A stretch of 64,000 bases of DNA, taken from Anolis carolinensis. Lineage: Eukaryota. Shown piece by piece: positions 1-15,626 of this stretch. Position numbers and translations under genes: made by a program. The stretch is from NCBI RefSeq assembly GCF_035594765.1, contig NC_085844.1, forward strand, positions 194,448,107-194,512,106, written 5' to 3'. Below the pieces are notes generated by a model. It was not told the DNA's origin and made no database searches. It worked only from the letters and a program-made list of their open reading frames with translations. Within the stretch, counting starts at the first letter, position 1. Each line of letters starts with the position of its first letter.

Positions 1-3000
1 TGGCAGTGACTTTATTAACAATTTTTGATGTTCTGCTTCCTTCTATGAAATAAAATTCAACTGAAAACAGATTTCTTTCATATGATCAACTGAGGTTAGA
101 GGGATTTGCACATTCCTGATTGGCCTTTTGAATGTATTTAAAGTCAAGTGCACTTATGTGGGATATTCATGGGAATTCCTTACTTTTGTTAGGTTTATAC
201 TACGTATCCTCTCTGCTATGAAATGAACTATACTACTGCAGTTGTAAGCAGTACAGAATAGTAATTGAAAATAGAATTGATGCCTCCAGTTACAAGCACC
301 CTGTTAGGGTTTTTGTGCATTTCCACAAATGATACAAATGTTATCATATAAAGCTATCCTTGCAGTATTTCTGAATTATAGTTGGTATAAAATGTTGTAA
401 CCAGGTTGTGCTTTATAGAAAGTTGTTATTATTTGCCTTCAAATAAGCAATAATAATATAGGGTTTTCTTATTCAGAGAAGGTTTGTCATTGCCTTCATC
501 TGTTGAGAGAATGCATCTTTGCCAACCTCACCCAATAGGTTGCTGTGACTAATCAAGAGATTTCATCCCTAGCTCCCCAGTCTAGTTCCACACTTAAACT
601 ACACCACACTGGGCCTACTTATAGATGATACTTATCAGTTGCACCAGCTTCCAATTTGTTTTACAATGCAACATAACTGTCACCTTTTATATTCCTCCTT
701 TATTTCATTTGAGATCTACTATAAAAAGAATGCGAGGCTTAATGTGGTAGACTCGTCTTAATTCTTGTATTGATGGTTTAATTAATTTGTTATCCATTAT
801 CAATGTTATGTCCACAGAAAGAGCCAAATTTAACATAAAAGGCTCATGTGGTGTCTGGTACCCACAGCTGAATAATAGTGGTGGTTTTACTCAACTATTT
901 TGTATTTAATATCTCTCTGATATCGAACATACTATTAATATGCTAATTCAGTTCAAATAAGGAAACTGAAAAACTGAATAAATCAACTGAAGCAGACTGG
1001 GTCTTTTTTCCCCTTGCCTACATTATACCTTTTTCTTGAAACTCCAGTAACAAGAATTGTCTAGGGAAATGAAAATGTTAGTGGCTTCTCTTGAGTCCAT
1101 TGAATTAGTCCTTTGGTATGAGCTGAAAGGCCTAAACTTGGTATTTTTCCTCTCCGCTTCTCCAAATAAGATGTAGTTTCTTCCAGAAATAGATTTCAAG
1201 CATGTAGAGTTGGACTACTCCTTATTTATTTAGAAGTGGCCCTAGCTTTGTTTCTCCGGTGACACTTTTTTAATTATTTCTGCCTTGCTAGTTGTCTATC
1301 CAGCAGTGTACAATATAAGCGCTGGCTTTGCCCTTTTCCTTTTCAGGGTGAATCATAGTCCAGAGTGAGAACTCCCACTTCCCACAAAAATGGGTGACCT
1401 ATATGAAATGCAGAGCATAGCTGGCTGAGGGCAAATATACAGCATCGAACTTTTTCTCACCCGTGAGCAATTTGCTGTACAAAAAAAGATTGATACCCAA
1501 TGTTCAGTATGCCTCTAATCAAATTCTAGTTGGCGATTCATTTTGTGGAGAAAGAGGAATTATTGTAATTTGAGCTTTCAGAGAGTAACATGTCACAAGA
1601 ATCGCAGTCTGTTCTAGAGAACTGGACAGTAAACATCATACCCATATTTGTGCCATTAGCCTGTTCCAAGTCTGTTGTTGATTGAGTCTTACCAGACAAA
1701 TGAGTGAAAACTATGGGAAAACACATTAATATGCATAGGTAAACTCCTATATTAAAGAAAAATAAATATGGAATTCTGAAAAGCAAAGGCTACAAATGCT
1801 GAGTGACTTTAAAAGGGCTTAATCCCCGAGAGGAGTGAAGACCGAGAAGAGTGATTGGAAAACTGAACAAAAACACTTTGCACTGGAGAATTCTGTTGCT
1901 GATATCAGTTCAGTATAAAAAGAACATAGAAAACAATGAAAAGAGATACAAACTAATGCACATTGCCTTTCTGAATGAACTGTTCCAAAGACGGACATAG
2001 AATTGTCATTTTCATTCCGGCCTTGTAGTAATCCAAATGTTTCGTTGCAACTTTATCATTGTTTTATTGTCAGTATCCTACCCTGCTCCCTCTAAATATG
2101 GAGTAGGGTGTTGCTTGATTAATCGTTAATAAAAAGCCAACATTTAAGTAACAGCTTTTGAAATAAATGAGATGTAGTTTTGTTTGTTGGTCACATCAAC
2201 CCTGAATGATACTTTCACTGTTCACAGTAGTGTGCAGCTACCCAGAATCCCTCAAATGTTTATGGTTCAGAGAAATAAAACCCTCTAGAATTTCAGAAAC
2301 TATATAAACAATATTAGTTTTCCTGAGTGGTTTCCTAGTAAGAATGTGGTGTTCACATTGCTTTACAGCTAATAATAAAAAACAGTTTTTGCCATAGTCT
2401 TACATTGAATCTCATGTTTCTTCAAGGGAGATCAACTGTTGTATCAAAACAAAGACCTGTGGGCAGTAATGAGATTTCAGTTTTTATATTCACTCCTTAG
2501 AAAACATTTCAGTTGTGAATGAGGACAGCACAAAAGAGAAATACAGACTTGACTTCAAAGCCTCTAGTTGTATTGCCATCTATGAAAAACTATTTCAGTT
2601 CGTTTCTAGTTAAACCTAATATCCACTTTGAGCTCACATAATTGCATAATTTACTGATGGTAAAAATGGACCAGCACATCTGGTCCTCCAAGTCACCTGC
2701 TAACTAAATGTATGGTTTATTTTATATGAAAGAATACTGATAGCCAAGTCATAAAAACTTTCAGTTCATTCTGTACAGTACAGACATTCTTTAGTGATAG
2801 CATTTTACTGTAACTAATTTCAGGAATGGAGATGTTTCTTAAAATGGGGAATGTTTCAGAGAGAAGGTGTTTAAGGTCAAAAGTGGGGAAAATGCAGTTC
2901 ACAGGTTGCTCACCCCCCCCCCCCCCAATCCAGCTGTTCTCAGAGATCCCAGATACCCCAGCACCCCAAGTTGTTTTTTCCCAATAGCTTTTTGTTAAGA

Positions 3001-4936
3001 TTGCTCCTTTGGGGAGGAGAATTTTACCACTTTTTGCTTTGAGAACTGGGCTGTTTCAGATCATAGGAGAGAGTATTTTTCAAATCATGAAGCCCATCAA
3101 AATTTGGCTTTCAACTGACCTCTGTTTTTCAAAGGCCTTTTCTGGGCTTTAAAGTGGTCAGGGAGGGAAATATGGTAAAATTGTTAGCCCACTGTACACA
3201 GGAGACATGGTGAGCCACTTAGCGTTAAAATAATTTTGGATAAAGAAAGGAAAATATTTTGTGGGGCTGGGTGCTGTGACTTTCTGCCTTTTTATGTAAG
3301 GTCAACACAATAACCCAACCCCTAGCAGTTGCCCACTGCGGTTTTAAAGCTTTGCATTGCTTTGTGTATAAGACCAGTTTCATTTTTAAAAAATTAAAGC
3401 TTGCATCTTTTGAAATTAAAAACAGACTTAATTGCTATTCTAAAATAATCAGAATCTATCAACTGTTTTGAGTCATTGGCTAGAGAGACTATATACACAC
3501 AAGCAGTCCCCAAGTTACAAACATGACAGGTTCTGTAGGTTTGTTCTTAAGTTGAATTTATTTGCAAATAAACAGGTACTTTTTAAAGTGCAACTCCAGC
3601 CTTACACATACACACACACACATACAAATATGCATATACATACATGGATAGCATAGAGACACCACTGTGGTGTTTGTTTTGCTGTCTGTACCCCCTGTTC
3701 AGGAGATTTTACCTCAGAATTTTGAAAAAAATTGGCTTGTTGTGGAAACAAGGATTCTTGACAAAGCATCAGTTGAGACACCTTTTCCCCATGAGAACTC
3801 TTTCAGGAGTGAATATTCTTTCCGAGGGGCAGATTGCTCTCGCTTGCTGTTGTCTTACTCCTGTTACTAATTATTAGTTGTTTGCAGGTCTGATGTTTGT
3901 AATTCAGGGACTGCCCTCCACCCCCCACCCCCTCTCTATATATAGACTTCCTCAAGTCAGTGAACCCTTTTTTAAATAGGTAAGCATATTCCTTTAGTAA
4001 GACTATGTGAACCTCTGGATAATGGAATGCAAATCTATTATTTTTTTTTAAACCACTTTTTCTGAATTTCCCAAGTATGTAAAGCAACAGTTGAAACTGT
4101 CAGAAACAGTTTTTTGTCACGTAATGCCCTGGGCTCTTCTGCCATCATTTTCTAATTGGCGGGATGAGCTAAAATTTGAGGATATTAAAGTATGAGATGT
4201 TCACAGATAAATTGAAATTCTGACATTAATTTAACTAAATATAACTTGGTGTCAAGCCTGATTTGCCTCCAGTGATCTTCATTAGAGCTTCTGTGTTCTT
4301 TTTTCCTCTTCCTTATATACATGAGTTGGAGCTACAGTAACCTTGAGTGCATAAGTAAAGTGTGCTGAATGGGGTTTAAATTAATGCTTGTCCCATCTTG
4401 TCTCAATTAAATGCTTACATTCCTCGCTAAAAGTAATAATTTGAGACTATTTTTCCTTTTACCAGAAGAAATTAAGTAGGCAATGAGAAGTCTATATTAA
4501 TTTGTGTCTGCATTCATGGCTTAGGTGGCATTTGTCCTTCCCTATAATATGTGTCACTTCTGGCACATAACCATTTCTGTTATATTTAAATTTAGGGCCA
4601 CATTTAACATTTAAACCTCCCTCTTCCCATTTTCTGTAATGAAAATCACATACCCTTGAAGCTGCTCTTCCTTCCTCGTTATGAAAAGTTTGTATGTGCC
4701 TTTGTGCTTTTCCCAATGGGACAAACAATAACTAGGGAATTTAAATTAGGAGAGGTACAGGGGAACTCTGATCAGATCATGTACACTTATCTTCATTGCT
4801 TTCCACCCTCCCCAACCACTATTTGCAAACATTTAGAGCTTGCAAAAATGTATACCGTCTCCTTAGTTTGTTAAAATCAGAATTCACTTTCTTGAATTTT
4901 TACAAGCCTACAATGCATGTCACAAACAACTGACTA

Positions 4937-5084
4937 GGCCCCTTCTACACTGCCATATAATCCAGATTATAAAATCAGATAATCCACATTATCTGCTTTG
5001 AACTGGATTATATGATTCTATACTGCCGTATAATCCAGTTCAAAGCAGATAATCTGGATTTTATATGTCAGTGTAAAAGGAGTC
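4937..5084. mobile_element. Palindromic MITE (possibly PIF/Harbinger-type); related copies at 45660-45935, 46580-46820, 49190-49420 and 61100-61700
   Basis: ggccccttctacactgccatata ... tatatgtcagtgtaaaaggagtc with internal inverted tatctgctttgaactggatta / taatccagttcaaagcagata. Confidence 0.75.
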
Positions 5085-8000
5085 ATAGTCATAGCCAAAC
5101 AATATAGTGAATGTCAACAGTTATTTTGCAGCCTATGACTTTTTATGGAATTGGTAACAATACTAGTTTTAGAGACATTACTTGATTTGCAGCTTCCATT
5201 TGATTCTGCATCTGAACTGAATTTACAGTGGTTATTACCTTACTGTGTTGCCTGTACATGTATTCTGCAATTCTTCATTAAATGTGTTATATCAAACTGC
5301 ACCCCTCCAATCCTACATTACATAATAGACTGCTGTTGAGACTCAGTGCTCTTTCAAAAACAATTTGAAATGAGGGTACGATAATTCAATTGAATTCTCA
5401 GAATGAATGATCCCACAAAGGCAATTCAACACGACAGAGAATGTCAGATTTTAGCACAGTCTGTTAAAGTAGAGTGTTGCCGTAGACATGTCTCTACATG
5501 CAGCTTTTTGTATTTCTTATCCTTCCTTTCAGTCTTAGTTTTTCAGTATTCTTGTTGCAAGAATAAAAATAAGCCCTTTCTTCTCAAACAGAATGCAGAA
5601 TCCATATGTGGTCTTCAACAGAGCAAATGGTAATATTTATTTTGCCCTCAGTTAATGCATATCGTGAAAATTGAGACAACTGTTTCTGTGAGACAGTTTT
5701 ACAAAAGTAGTGGATTGTCCTGTGAATATGAGAATTATGTTTCTATTGCAAGATATTAGGCCAATAACATTTTCTTTCTCCTGTTCTTCTTACTTTGGAA
5801 TTCTGAATTCTCATGAGCATAGAATAATTGATTTTTTAAAAAATCATATACATGATTAAACACTATATACCAAAAATAACAGTAACGAGGTGTTTGCAGA
5901 CTGTCAAACAGATATTTCCACAATAAATCCTAAATCTGAACTGTGGTTTCCAATTCTTCATTTTTACATTAGCTCTGATACAAGGCTGATGGAATTATTT
6001 CGTGATGGCTACCATACATCAGTGATCTAAATGAAAGGTTCAAAGAAGTGACTTGCCACTTCCCTTGCTGCCTGAATACTGGTTAGGCCTGGAGCTGCTA
6101 ATACAATTTCAGCTCTCACCTTTGTTGCACTTACTGCTTTTCATGCTACAAATCCTTTAGTCCCTGGTAACTGTCATTTATACTGGTCAAACAGAACGAT
6201 TGGAGGGTATGAAGTCGTATAAAGGATTAAACAATTTAGTTGGATAAAGGGAACATTTTCTAGTCTAATTGTGAATTCTTAATTTGTTCAATACACTGCT
6301 TTGTCAATTTTGGAAACAGAGCAATAGACACACCCATGCTTAAACTGCCCTATTGATAATTCAGAATCAGTGCAAGTCAGAAGGAGTATACTAGGAGCTT
6401 TATTAGTGACACCAGTAAATGATGTTTCAATAGCATTTTAAAAAGTCAAGTCAAAGTAGGGTAATTAACTCCAGCCAGTTGCGGAGACTAGTACCCGAGA
6501 TAGTTCTAAGTATATTATTTTGGCTGAGATGAAGAAAGATGTTATCCTGTTGGCAGATTAGAAATTGCCGGAAACTGGAATGTTTGTGATAATATTCAAT
6601 AAATATAATAGGATTTGAAAAATTAAAAGAAAATGTTATCTTATCTGTTCCATGAGAAAGTCCACTGGGGCTCGCATAACTACATTCTCCTCTGTGGCTA
6701 CAGAAGAGGAAAAACTTTAGGAAATTTGTCAGGAAGGTTGAGATGCGGGGGGGGGGGGGGGGGGGTCATATTGTCAGTCCTGGAGAATATAGAAGCAAAT
6801 TTCAAAACAACCCCTATGACTGGCTGGCTTGTAATTCAACTTCTTGAGAAGGTTCTGGAATTGAAATGCAAGGTAAGGTACTGCAAGTGCTAAAAACTTA
6901 TGAAATCTAAATGCTCAGTGTGGAGAGTATGCAAGAGGCATGGCATTCTCAGTACAAGTTTTAAAACTACTCCCAAAAGAAACTTATGGTTCTCCAGTGG
7001 TTCCCATGACCAGAGGTTTCATATATTTATTTCAAATTCAGTTTGTTCACTGTGAACTACAGTATTAGCAATTATATATATTATAGATCGGTCATATTTC
7101 CAAGTCCCAATAGACATGGCCAGAGGCACATGTCAAATAAGTACTCTGCTCTCAAATTATCTAAAATTGTTAGGGGTGCCTTTAAAAAGTTGCAACATGG
7201 AAGAGATTTGGGGATGTGGTATTATAATTAGTGGAGAGGTAGGTAGTATACTGAACAGCTGGCATGTGTGTTGGTTGATGGACTACTAATCCCAAAATTA
7301 GCACTGTAACACTTTTTCAAATATCAATATCCCTACTGTAGCAGAAATGTGTTCCGCATTGAATTAATCCTAATCCCCTACTTGCAACATACTGCATTGC
7401 AGCAAGGAAGATGACTTACTGCTATTACACTGAGCATATAACCTTAAAATACTCTCAGAAGTTGTCATCAGACTAGTTTTGGCCTTTATATAACTTGTAT
7501 GATGCTGCTCTCTAGTTATCTTCCTTTAAAACAATGTGCAATTTCCTACTCGCAGCATTATGTATTTAAACTCAATTGAGCAGCTAGGAACAAAACATTT
7601 GAGATTCTCTTGTAAAGATATGTCGTTAAGATGTCTTGAGTGCCAGGTGTTCTGACAGATTTCCACATTTGTAATCTTGCTGTTTCAGATTGGAATTGTT
7701 TAGCAGGGTAGTTATTAGCTCAGCAGTGCATTTGACTTCAGAGAAAGTGAGGAAGCTAAACTACTGAATAACAACAACACATGTTCCTTCCTCATTTAGA
7801 AGAGTGTTACTTCTAAAGTATGTTCACTCTTAACTGATCCTGCATTGGAGAGTGGGTTGAAAAATTGTCAGCAACTTGGTCAGTAAAGTGAAAGGATCTA
7901 CACTGTGAGGCAATATGGCATTGCTTTTATTTTAGAAAATACTCTTTGTGAACAGTGCTGCTGGGTCTAAGTCTGGAGCTCATTTTCTGACACTGGGACA

Positions 8001-8114
8001 AGTCAAGGGCCATACACACTTGAGATAAAGCCAGATCCCAAACATGGCAATTGACAGCTGAGTTTCTAGTCAAGGGACCATATTGCCTTCCACCATTCTA
8101 AATATATATTAATG

Positions 8115-9350
8115 ACGTGCTGCATAAAGTCTAGCGTATCAGCCGGGACTGCAATTTTACAAAAACCATCCAGATCCTCCTAGAAAACCACAGCTTCTGT
8201 TTCAGGGCAGGAAATGTAGATGGAGGAGGCAAAAGAATAGTCTACCTCAAGGCAGCGTTTTTGCACTGACCTTGTTTAACATCTTTACTAATGTTCATCT
8301 ACAACCACCACTCAGAAAGAGCTTTATATATGCTGATGAACTTGACCTAATAACATAAGCAAAAGACTTTGAAACAGTTGAAAACCAACTTACTAAAAGA
8401 TCTCTCCAGCTACTATAAAGATAACCACTTGAAGCCTACCCCTGCCAAGATACAAGTGTGTGCTTTCCATCTACATAATCGTGAAGCCAAGAGAAAACTG
8501 AAGGTTACTTGGGAAGGCCAAGAGCAGGAACACTGTTTCAGCCCTAAATATCTCAGTGTCACCTTAGACCGAATGCTAACATTTAGGAAACACTGTGCAA
8601 ACACCAAGCACAAGATAGCTGCATGCAATAACATCCTGCAGAAACTTACTAATAGCACATAGGATGCAGACCCAAAATTAATAGGAACATCAGCCCTGGC
8701 CTTGTCTTCCTCAACTGCTGAATATGCCTGCCCCCGTTTGGCATAGGACAGCTCATGCGAAGCAAGTGGATATAGCACTGAATGAGACATGAAGAATAAA
8801 TCATGGGATGTCTTAAACCTATACCCGTTGATAGACTCTATGAGCTAGCTGGCATTGCTCCCCCCCCCCCCCCCATTGTGTGATGGGAAGTTGCTGGCAA
8901 TTATGAGAGAAATAAGGTTGAACACTGTGAAAGCCATCCACTGTATGGCTACCAGCATCCTCCCAGTAGACTTAAATCAAGGAAAACTTTTATGAGAACC
9001 ACCACTCCTCTAAATGTTCCTCTAGCAACAGCAAGAATATCCCTGTGGGCAGCACAATTAGGCAATTCCAATTGGATGGCCCCCCACGAGGGTCTTTCTC
9101 CAGGGACATACCAAGAATGGGCAACTTGGAAGTCCCTGAACAGACTCAGAAGCAAGAGTTGGCAGATCAAAAGACATCCTGGCAAAATGGCACTACCTAG
9201 AAGAATCCTCCACCTTGTGTGACTGCGGAGCAGAACAAACAAATCATCTGTATTTGCCCACAATACCCAGACTCATGCACAGAGGAACTGTTTAAAGCTA
9301 TCAATTTTAAACTTATTTATTATGCAACGCTTTTGACACAAAATAAAATA
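8115..9350 (+). mobile_element. 5'-truncated, degenerate non-LTR retrotransposon (Vingi/Ingi-like RT and C-terminus)
   Basis: RT motifs LPQGSVFA.TLFNIF and FIYADE, PKYLSVTLDR, C-terminal WKSLNRLRS...CDCGAEQT; stops and frameshifts; A-rich tail. Confidence 0.82.
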
Positions 9351-12300
9351 CATATTTAATGTAGAGATGCCTGCAATAAGTCAAATTACATTTGTAGATT
9401 TTGACTGTGAAGTACTCATATTCAGGCAAGATCATCAGACAAAGTAGACTTGACCTATATACTTATGTATATTTAGTTAAAAAAAATCATTCCAAAAAAC
9501 CCCTGCGTCAACCTATCCAGCGGTCAGTGTGAGTACTGCACTAACTCTTCTCAAAAAAGAGACATCCAATTTCTGAGTAGAGTGGCGGCAAAAACAAGAG
9601 CACAGTCCATCCCACAGGAAGCTAAAACAATGTATGATCCTCCTTTGCTATCTGCAGCTGTTGAATGCCTGTGTGGGGAAATGGTGGCTGGCCCCTGAGG
9701 CGACATTGTTGCTTTCCCCTCTCTGGAATTTTGATCCTTGACATATCAAAATCTAGTCTGCCCTCAACTTATACAAGAGGTCAACTTATTTATGAGTATA
9801 TAAGGTAAGTCTAAAAGCTTATGTTTATAAATACTTCTTTCTCTCAGTCACAACATTGCTGCAAGATCTCTGCGTACTGATTCAGAGTAAAACAGCTGTC
9901 TTTGAATACCACCACCAGGGTGTTATAATGTCACAATGATATGTAGGAGTGCAGTTTTCCCTTGGATTGATTCACAGTGGTGTCTCTTACAGGTTTTTAA
10001 AATAATGAACAGCTAGACAGAGCAGCCTCTTGACACTTTCTCCTACTTTGGTTCATATGATTACATTAAGAGATTTCCTGCCAGGTTTTGTCTGTCTCAA
10101 ATGTATTTTGCTTTCAAATGCTTGTAAAGAAGGACTACTTAATGAAGACTTCCCTCTGTTTTAAAATGCATTTCTTCTCTCAGAAACAATTATGGAAAAG
10201 TCTCTCTTCTCTCCCCTATGGATTTTCTACCTATGTGCTCAGTTCCGCCTGCTTTTCAGAGAACCGAAAATAGCCTTTGCCTTTTAGTCACAGATAACCA
10301 ATTGGATTCTAGAACTGGCAGCCTTTGGAAGGAACAAACACTGGGCTTTAAAAGGAAGCAGGGGGTCCATTTCAATAGATGGTGAAGATTTATCTTTGCA
10401 AGCACAGTTTAGGATGTTCAAATGAATAAAGCCTGTAATTACGTGCTGAATATTATGTGTTGCATGTTAATTACCTTTTAAAATGGTGATTCACAAAATG
10501 AAAAAGAGAAGAAGGCAGAAAATCACCAGCTGTAAAGAATAATACAGTAAAAGAGAGAGCAGCAGTAAAGAAAATCCCCTCCCAGCTTTTTTGGTGATGA
10601 AAATAGGGTCTTGTTTTCCAAATTCTTACCCCACAACTTCTCTTTCTAAATTGTTACGTGGGAGAAGTGCACTAAAAACTCTGGAGCAAATAGTGGTTCA
10701 AGTGGAGGTCCTGAAGCTGGTGTTAATAGAAAGATTTTTTTTTTTGTCTTAAGACTTGCACTAAACATAGGTGGGCAAATTATTACTCTTCCTCATTGAG
10801 CCCAACTCTATGAAGACAAAGTAAGGCTTGCTGAATCCAACAGGACCTTACCTGCTTATCATATGTTGAGGAATATAGAGTAATATGTTATGGAATAAAG
10901 CTGTTGTTGAAGTGTCCTAGTCTGAGAAATTTATACTTGGCCTCCTCCTAAAAATTTCCACAGAACAGATTATGGGGTACATGAAAAATTGAAGCTGGTA
11001 TGGAACCAAGCATAAGGCTATAGGATTAACTTGGGAATTATATCCCTGTCTCTGCTACTGTGTAAACTTGAAAAAGTCACATAGTACAGACAAGTAGAAA
11101 GGAGCCAATGCCAACAAGGCCTAAAAGATTAAATCTGTTATTTGCATATGAGATATACTGAATCAGTGATATGTATAATTGGGTGGCATTTGCTATTAAG
11201 ATACATCGACAAGTTTTATATTTTACAAAATAGCTGCAGCTGCTGTTCACAAGGCAACAATAAACCAAAAAATCAGTTATGTTCTTGGTGTGTGTGTTTC
11301 ACAAAATTAAGATTATAAAATAAGTTCCATTTCGGAGAAAATCCTTAACTTGGCAGATAATCAGTGCAAACACCAGTTGTTTTTTGTTGTCATTTCACTA
11401 GAATCATTTACTTTTTTAGATAAAATGGTTTATACAATACAATGCTTGTGAAAACACAAAAACCTTGTGCATGCGTTGTACACCCTGCTATATGGGATCT
11501 ATCCACAGTAAGAACTTGGATCTTGTGCTATTTATATTCCATGCCACGTCATATGTATTCTCATACCAAGATGGCCTAATCTCAGAGTGTGCAATTACTG
11601 CTGTCATTTCATGTGTAAAGAGGAATGATTGGCCACACACCTTCAGCAGATGGGAAATTCACTCTCAAATAGTCTTCAATATTTTATTACTACGTTTATT
11701 ACAAAAGGTTGATTTATCCCATGCAGTCTCCCCTAACCGATACAGCTAAACCCAGTAGGGGGATAACTAGAAATGTATTCAAGAAATCACTCACTAGAAT
11801 AATTCCTTTTTCTGCCCCCTCAGTTGCTGTTGCTTAAACATGTTGACACAAAATGGGAGTTTCAGATAGTTAGGGGACTGAATGAATGGTATGTATTTAT
11901 AAGGTAATTTCTTATACCACCTTCAGTTCCTGACGAGCCCCCAAGGCAGTTCACAAAAGTAGAAATAATAATTTCATACACTTTAAAAGCATACAAGGAT
12001 CCAGGAAAATCATAGAGAAAGAATGGGAGGCAGATTTAAAATAAATTGCAAGCCCTGCAGAATAGCTGTCTGGCTAGAAATAACCAACAGAGGGGCTGAT
12101 CTAACTTCTCAGTTGAGATATTTCCAGAACCAGGACATTGCCACAAGAAAGACCTTCCTCTCTTTGTTTCAGGGCATTGAGCAAGACCTCCAAAGATCAT
12201 AATATTTGGCGGGCAAGTTAATGTGGAATTTGATGCTCCTTCATATATACTGGCTCCTAACCAATATCATAGAGAGTTTATTTTTATATACCATCAGTAC

Positions 12301-14233
12301 ATTTGTAGAAGCAATTTTAGTACCTAACCTGTGATTTCATTTGGAATGTGCCCTTGTGCTATAAAGTGTGGAGGATGTAACCAGTTAACAACCCTTGCCC
12401 ACTACCCCCCAGAAGAAATAAAGAAGTAGTGAGAATTGGATTTTAACAATCTAGCAATCCCCTCTGCTATTTATAAGTCTCTCCCTTTGTCTGAAAAATG
12501 TATTTCACCTATTCGCCTATCCAGAATAAAATTGTAATTTATTTTACAAACATATGGAGGAATGCAGAAGTCATTACTATTATGTGGGAAATTAAGTTGA
12601 ATTTGGAGTCCTCCACTTTTATCTCAATATGTACCCTGGTATAAAAATATATTGATTTATGGAAGACAAAAATGAGTGAGAATAATAAAAGCCTGTTTGG
12701 TCCAACATGGTATTGACGCAGCAGTCAACCAGTAGATCTCAAAAGCAAACAATGTATTACAAAGCTAGTTTTTGTTTTAACGCTGGTTCAGGAACAGGGC
12801 AGCTATTCTGCAGATACGTTTGTATTCCCTTTAATAAAAGAAAATATATAGCAGAGTAGCTATTGAACATTGGCTTCATTAAGCTCTGTGTACTCGTTCA
12901 TTCCTCCACACTTCATATACGGGGATAATGAGCTTTGTAAAGAGTGTGTAATGATGGAAGCCACTGCTCTGGAAAGGGGTGGGTTGTTTCCATCTCCATG
13001 GAGATGCATGATAAATTACAGTGATATTGACCTTCCTCAGATTGTTGGCGTGCTCCAAAATAAATTCAATTTTCTCTCTCTAGCCCTCAAGGGAGTTCAG
13101 GCAATGATGAGCTTTCCCTGCATGCAGTGCAATGCACTAGCAAGGCTGACTATGAGAAAAGGGCAGGCAGTTGAAGCTGCATTGTGGGGGGGGGGGGGGG
13201 TTATACTGAATTGTTAAACTGTGCTAAAAGAGATGACTGATGAAACCAAGCATTATGAAATGGGAAGGTCATGTAAATCAATCGGCTAAAATTTATTGGA
13301 TAGAAAGAAATGTAGTGGAGCTCACAGGGAAAGTAGGCTGTAGATAGCATGACTCAAAAAGTTGAGGAATTTTTCAGACCCCCAGTGCAGTGCTTTTTCA
13401 TGGCTGTCAAGTGTAAAATAGGGAAATGAAAACTCTTAAGGCTACATTCCTGTTGTCCCAGGAATGTATCTCAGGGATCATAGAAAGGAGCAGATCTCCT
13501 TTTCTAGAATTCATGATGAAATTTCAACTTCAGAGAGATACAGTATCAGATGCCTTTAGCTATTGCCAGATGTCTGTCAGATGACTTCAATCTAAAACGT
13601 ATTCTCACATCAGAACTATCTGACTGCATCAGTGGAAAAAGTGATAAAACAAAGCCTTCTCCTTGATTGAGACCAGTTGCCATTTAGTGCTTCATGTTAC
13701 AGAACTGTCCCTGATTATAACCATACCTGATCATTTTATGACTTCATTATGCAATAGTATGGAAAAACTAATATCTGAACATCTTTGAATATCTGAACAT
13801 TCTCTTTTCCTCTCCCCTTGTATTTCCTTTGTATTCTAAACAGTTGTTTAAATCTGTAAACAGACTGGAGTAGTTTTAAAGAAATGCAGGAGAAAAATGT
13901 GTATTCATTGTAGGTACCCATGTGTACTCATTATGGGTATTCATTATATGTACTAGCCAGAAGGTGTCTGGGACATTTGCATTTTTTAAGTTTTAATATG
14001 GAGTTTACACACTGCTCTATATCAGAGATTCACAGCAGTGTATGGTGTATTAAAACAAATAAATACAAAAAATAAATGCATAAACAAGTACATTAATAAA
14101 GCAGTGATTTTTTTTTATTAGTTGAGGAATGTTTGTTTGGAAATAACCCTTTTCAAAGCTGATCAAAAACAGATAAGGTTTTGCACATTCCTAACCTCAG
14201 ATGGAAAGGATGGGAGACAATATGGTAAATATG

Positions 14234-14661
14234 GAGGCCCTCTTCGCAGACGCGATTGGTGGGGATGAGAGACAGGGCCTTCTCGGTGGTGGCCCCTCGA
14301 CTGTAGAACTCCCTCCCCAGGGAGATTAGATCAGCCCCCTCCCTTTTGATCTTCCGCAAGAAAGTTAAAACATGGCTCTTTGACCAAGCCTTTGGAAATT
14401 TGGTGCAAATTTGGTGCAGATAAGGAGATGACCAATGGAACGGCCCGGACCACACTCTTGGATCTCGTGATTTACTCTGCTGTCAGAGTTAATTGTTTAT
14501 TGTTTTAATTATGTTTTAATCGTATACTAATGTTTATTATTATTATTTAAATGACTATTTTTGTACTTGTTTTTAAAAGGCATTGAATTATTGCCACACT
14601 GTGAAGCTGCCTTGAGTCGTGAGAAAGGCAGGGTAAAAGTATCATAAATTAATAAATAAAT
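14234..14661 (+). mobile_element. L2-like LINE 3' end
   Basis: agggccttctcggtggtggcccctcg...aactccctcccc (RAFSVVAP..NSLP motif), 3' gccttgagtc...ggcagggta and (TAAA)n tail. Confidence 0.8.
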
Positions 14662-15626
14662 ACCCTATTTGATGGCTTTCCCATCAGGTCATGGACACAC
14701 ATTCAACTACTGGAAATGTCTTCTCAGAAAATTTCAGTGACTACACAGAATGATGAGAAGTTACATCCTCAGATGTCATGATCTTTAATTGGTTGGAAGT
14801 TGTGAACTAGTGCAAAAACTTGAATTTGGTTCAGTGGCAAATAGAAACTCAGCACATAACCAACAGCCGTAGGGCTGCCTACTACACTATGTGCAAATTT
14901 TAAACCAGCATCATGAGAAATGCCACATACAATTTATTGTGCTAACTAGTTTTCAAGCACCACGATGCTACATACCCTTTTGACATGTCTATCATATTAG
15001 TAATGCTAGTTAAGGGAGCAATTCAATATCTTGAAGAACAGTATTTCCACATCTCTTGACTAACACTGTATTTATGGCATGCATCTAGGAGAAAACTATA
15101 TTGCTATCATAAATCTGGAGGAGATGCTGAGGGGGCAAGATATAATAGGCAACTGACCACCAGCCATGAGATTTTATTGTAAGGGCTTCTTGCTGTTCCC
15201 CATTCCCAGATCTGTGGAGCATATAAAGCTGTGATAAAAACAATGATTCTTTATTAAGAAAAACAGAAGTTCTGATTTTTATGTATTCCATGCAAATGTC
15301 ACTACGTATTTGCATAATTTGTTGCTTTGTAGAAAATTTTTACCACTAGAAAGTTGGATTCCCTCTGGCTTCAGTGATTTTGCTCGGTGAATTGCACACA
15401 TCTTCAAGAATATATTTTACAGCCTTAAGAACTAGAGAGTAAAATTTGCTTAAAAATATAAAAGATGGTAAATTCTACTTTCAGTATCAAATTCCACATC
15501 TGCATGATTTTTATGCAGAGTTGTGGGACATACACAGGTTGGATTAAAATGCAAAAATGCTGTACCTTATAATTTTTTTCTCCTATTACTGAACCTCTAT
15601 TCCATGTTTGTATCATCTTCCTGCAG

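Noticed and set aside
6747-6765. Poly-G/C runs (also near 2913, 8859, 13186 and 58114) as functional G-quadruplexes
   Set aside because: Isolated homopolymers of unreliable length with no supporting context
8369-9222. Active reverse transcriptase gene
   Set aside because: 5'-truncated, with multiple stops and frameshifts and an altered YADD (YADE)
1-15626. Additional ANKS1A coding exons or a nested gene in the first 15.6 kb
   Set aside because: No ORF or splice-bounded segment resembling ankyrin, SAM or any other protein I recognise; treated as one long intron, though small alternative exons cannot be excluded
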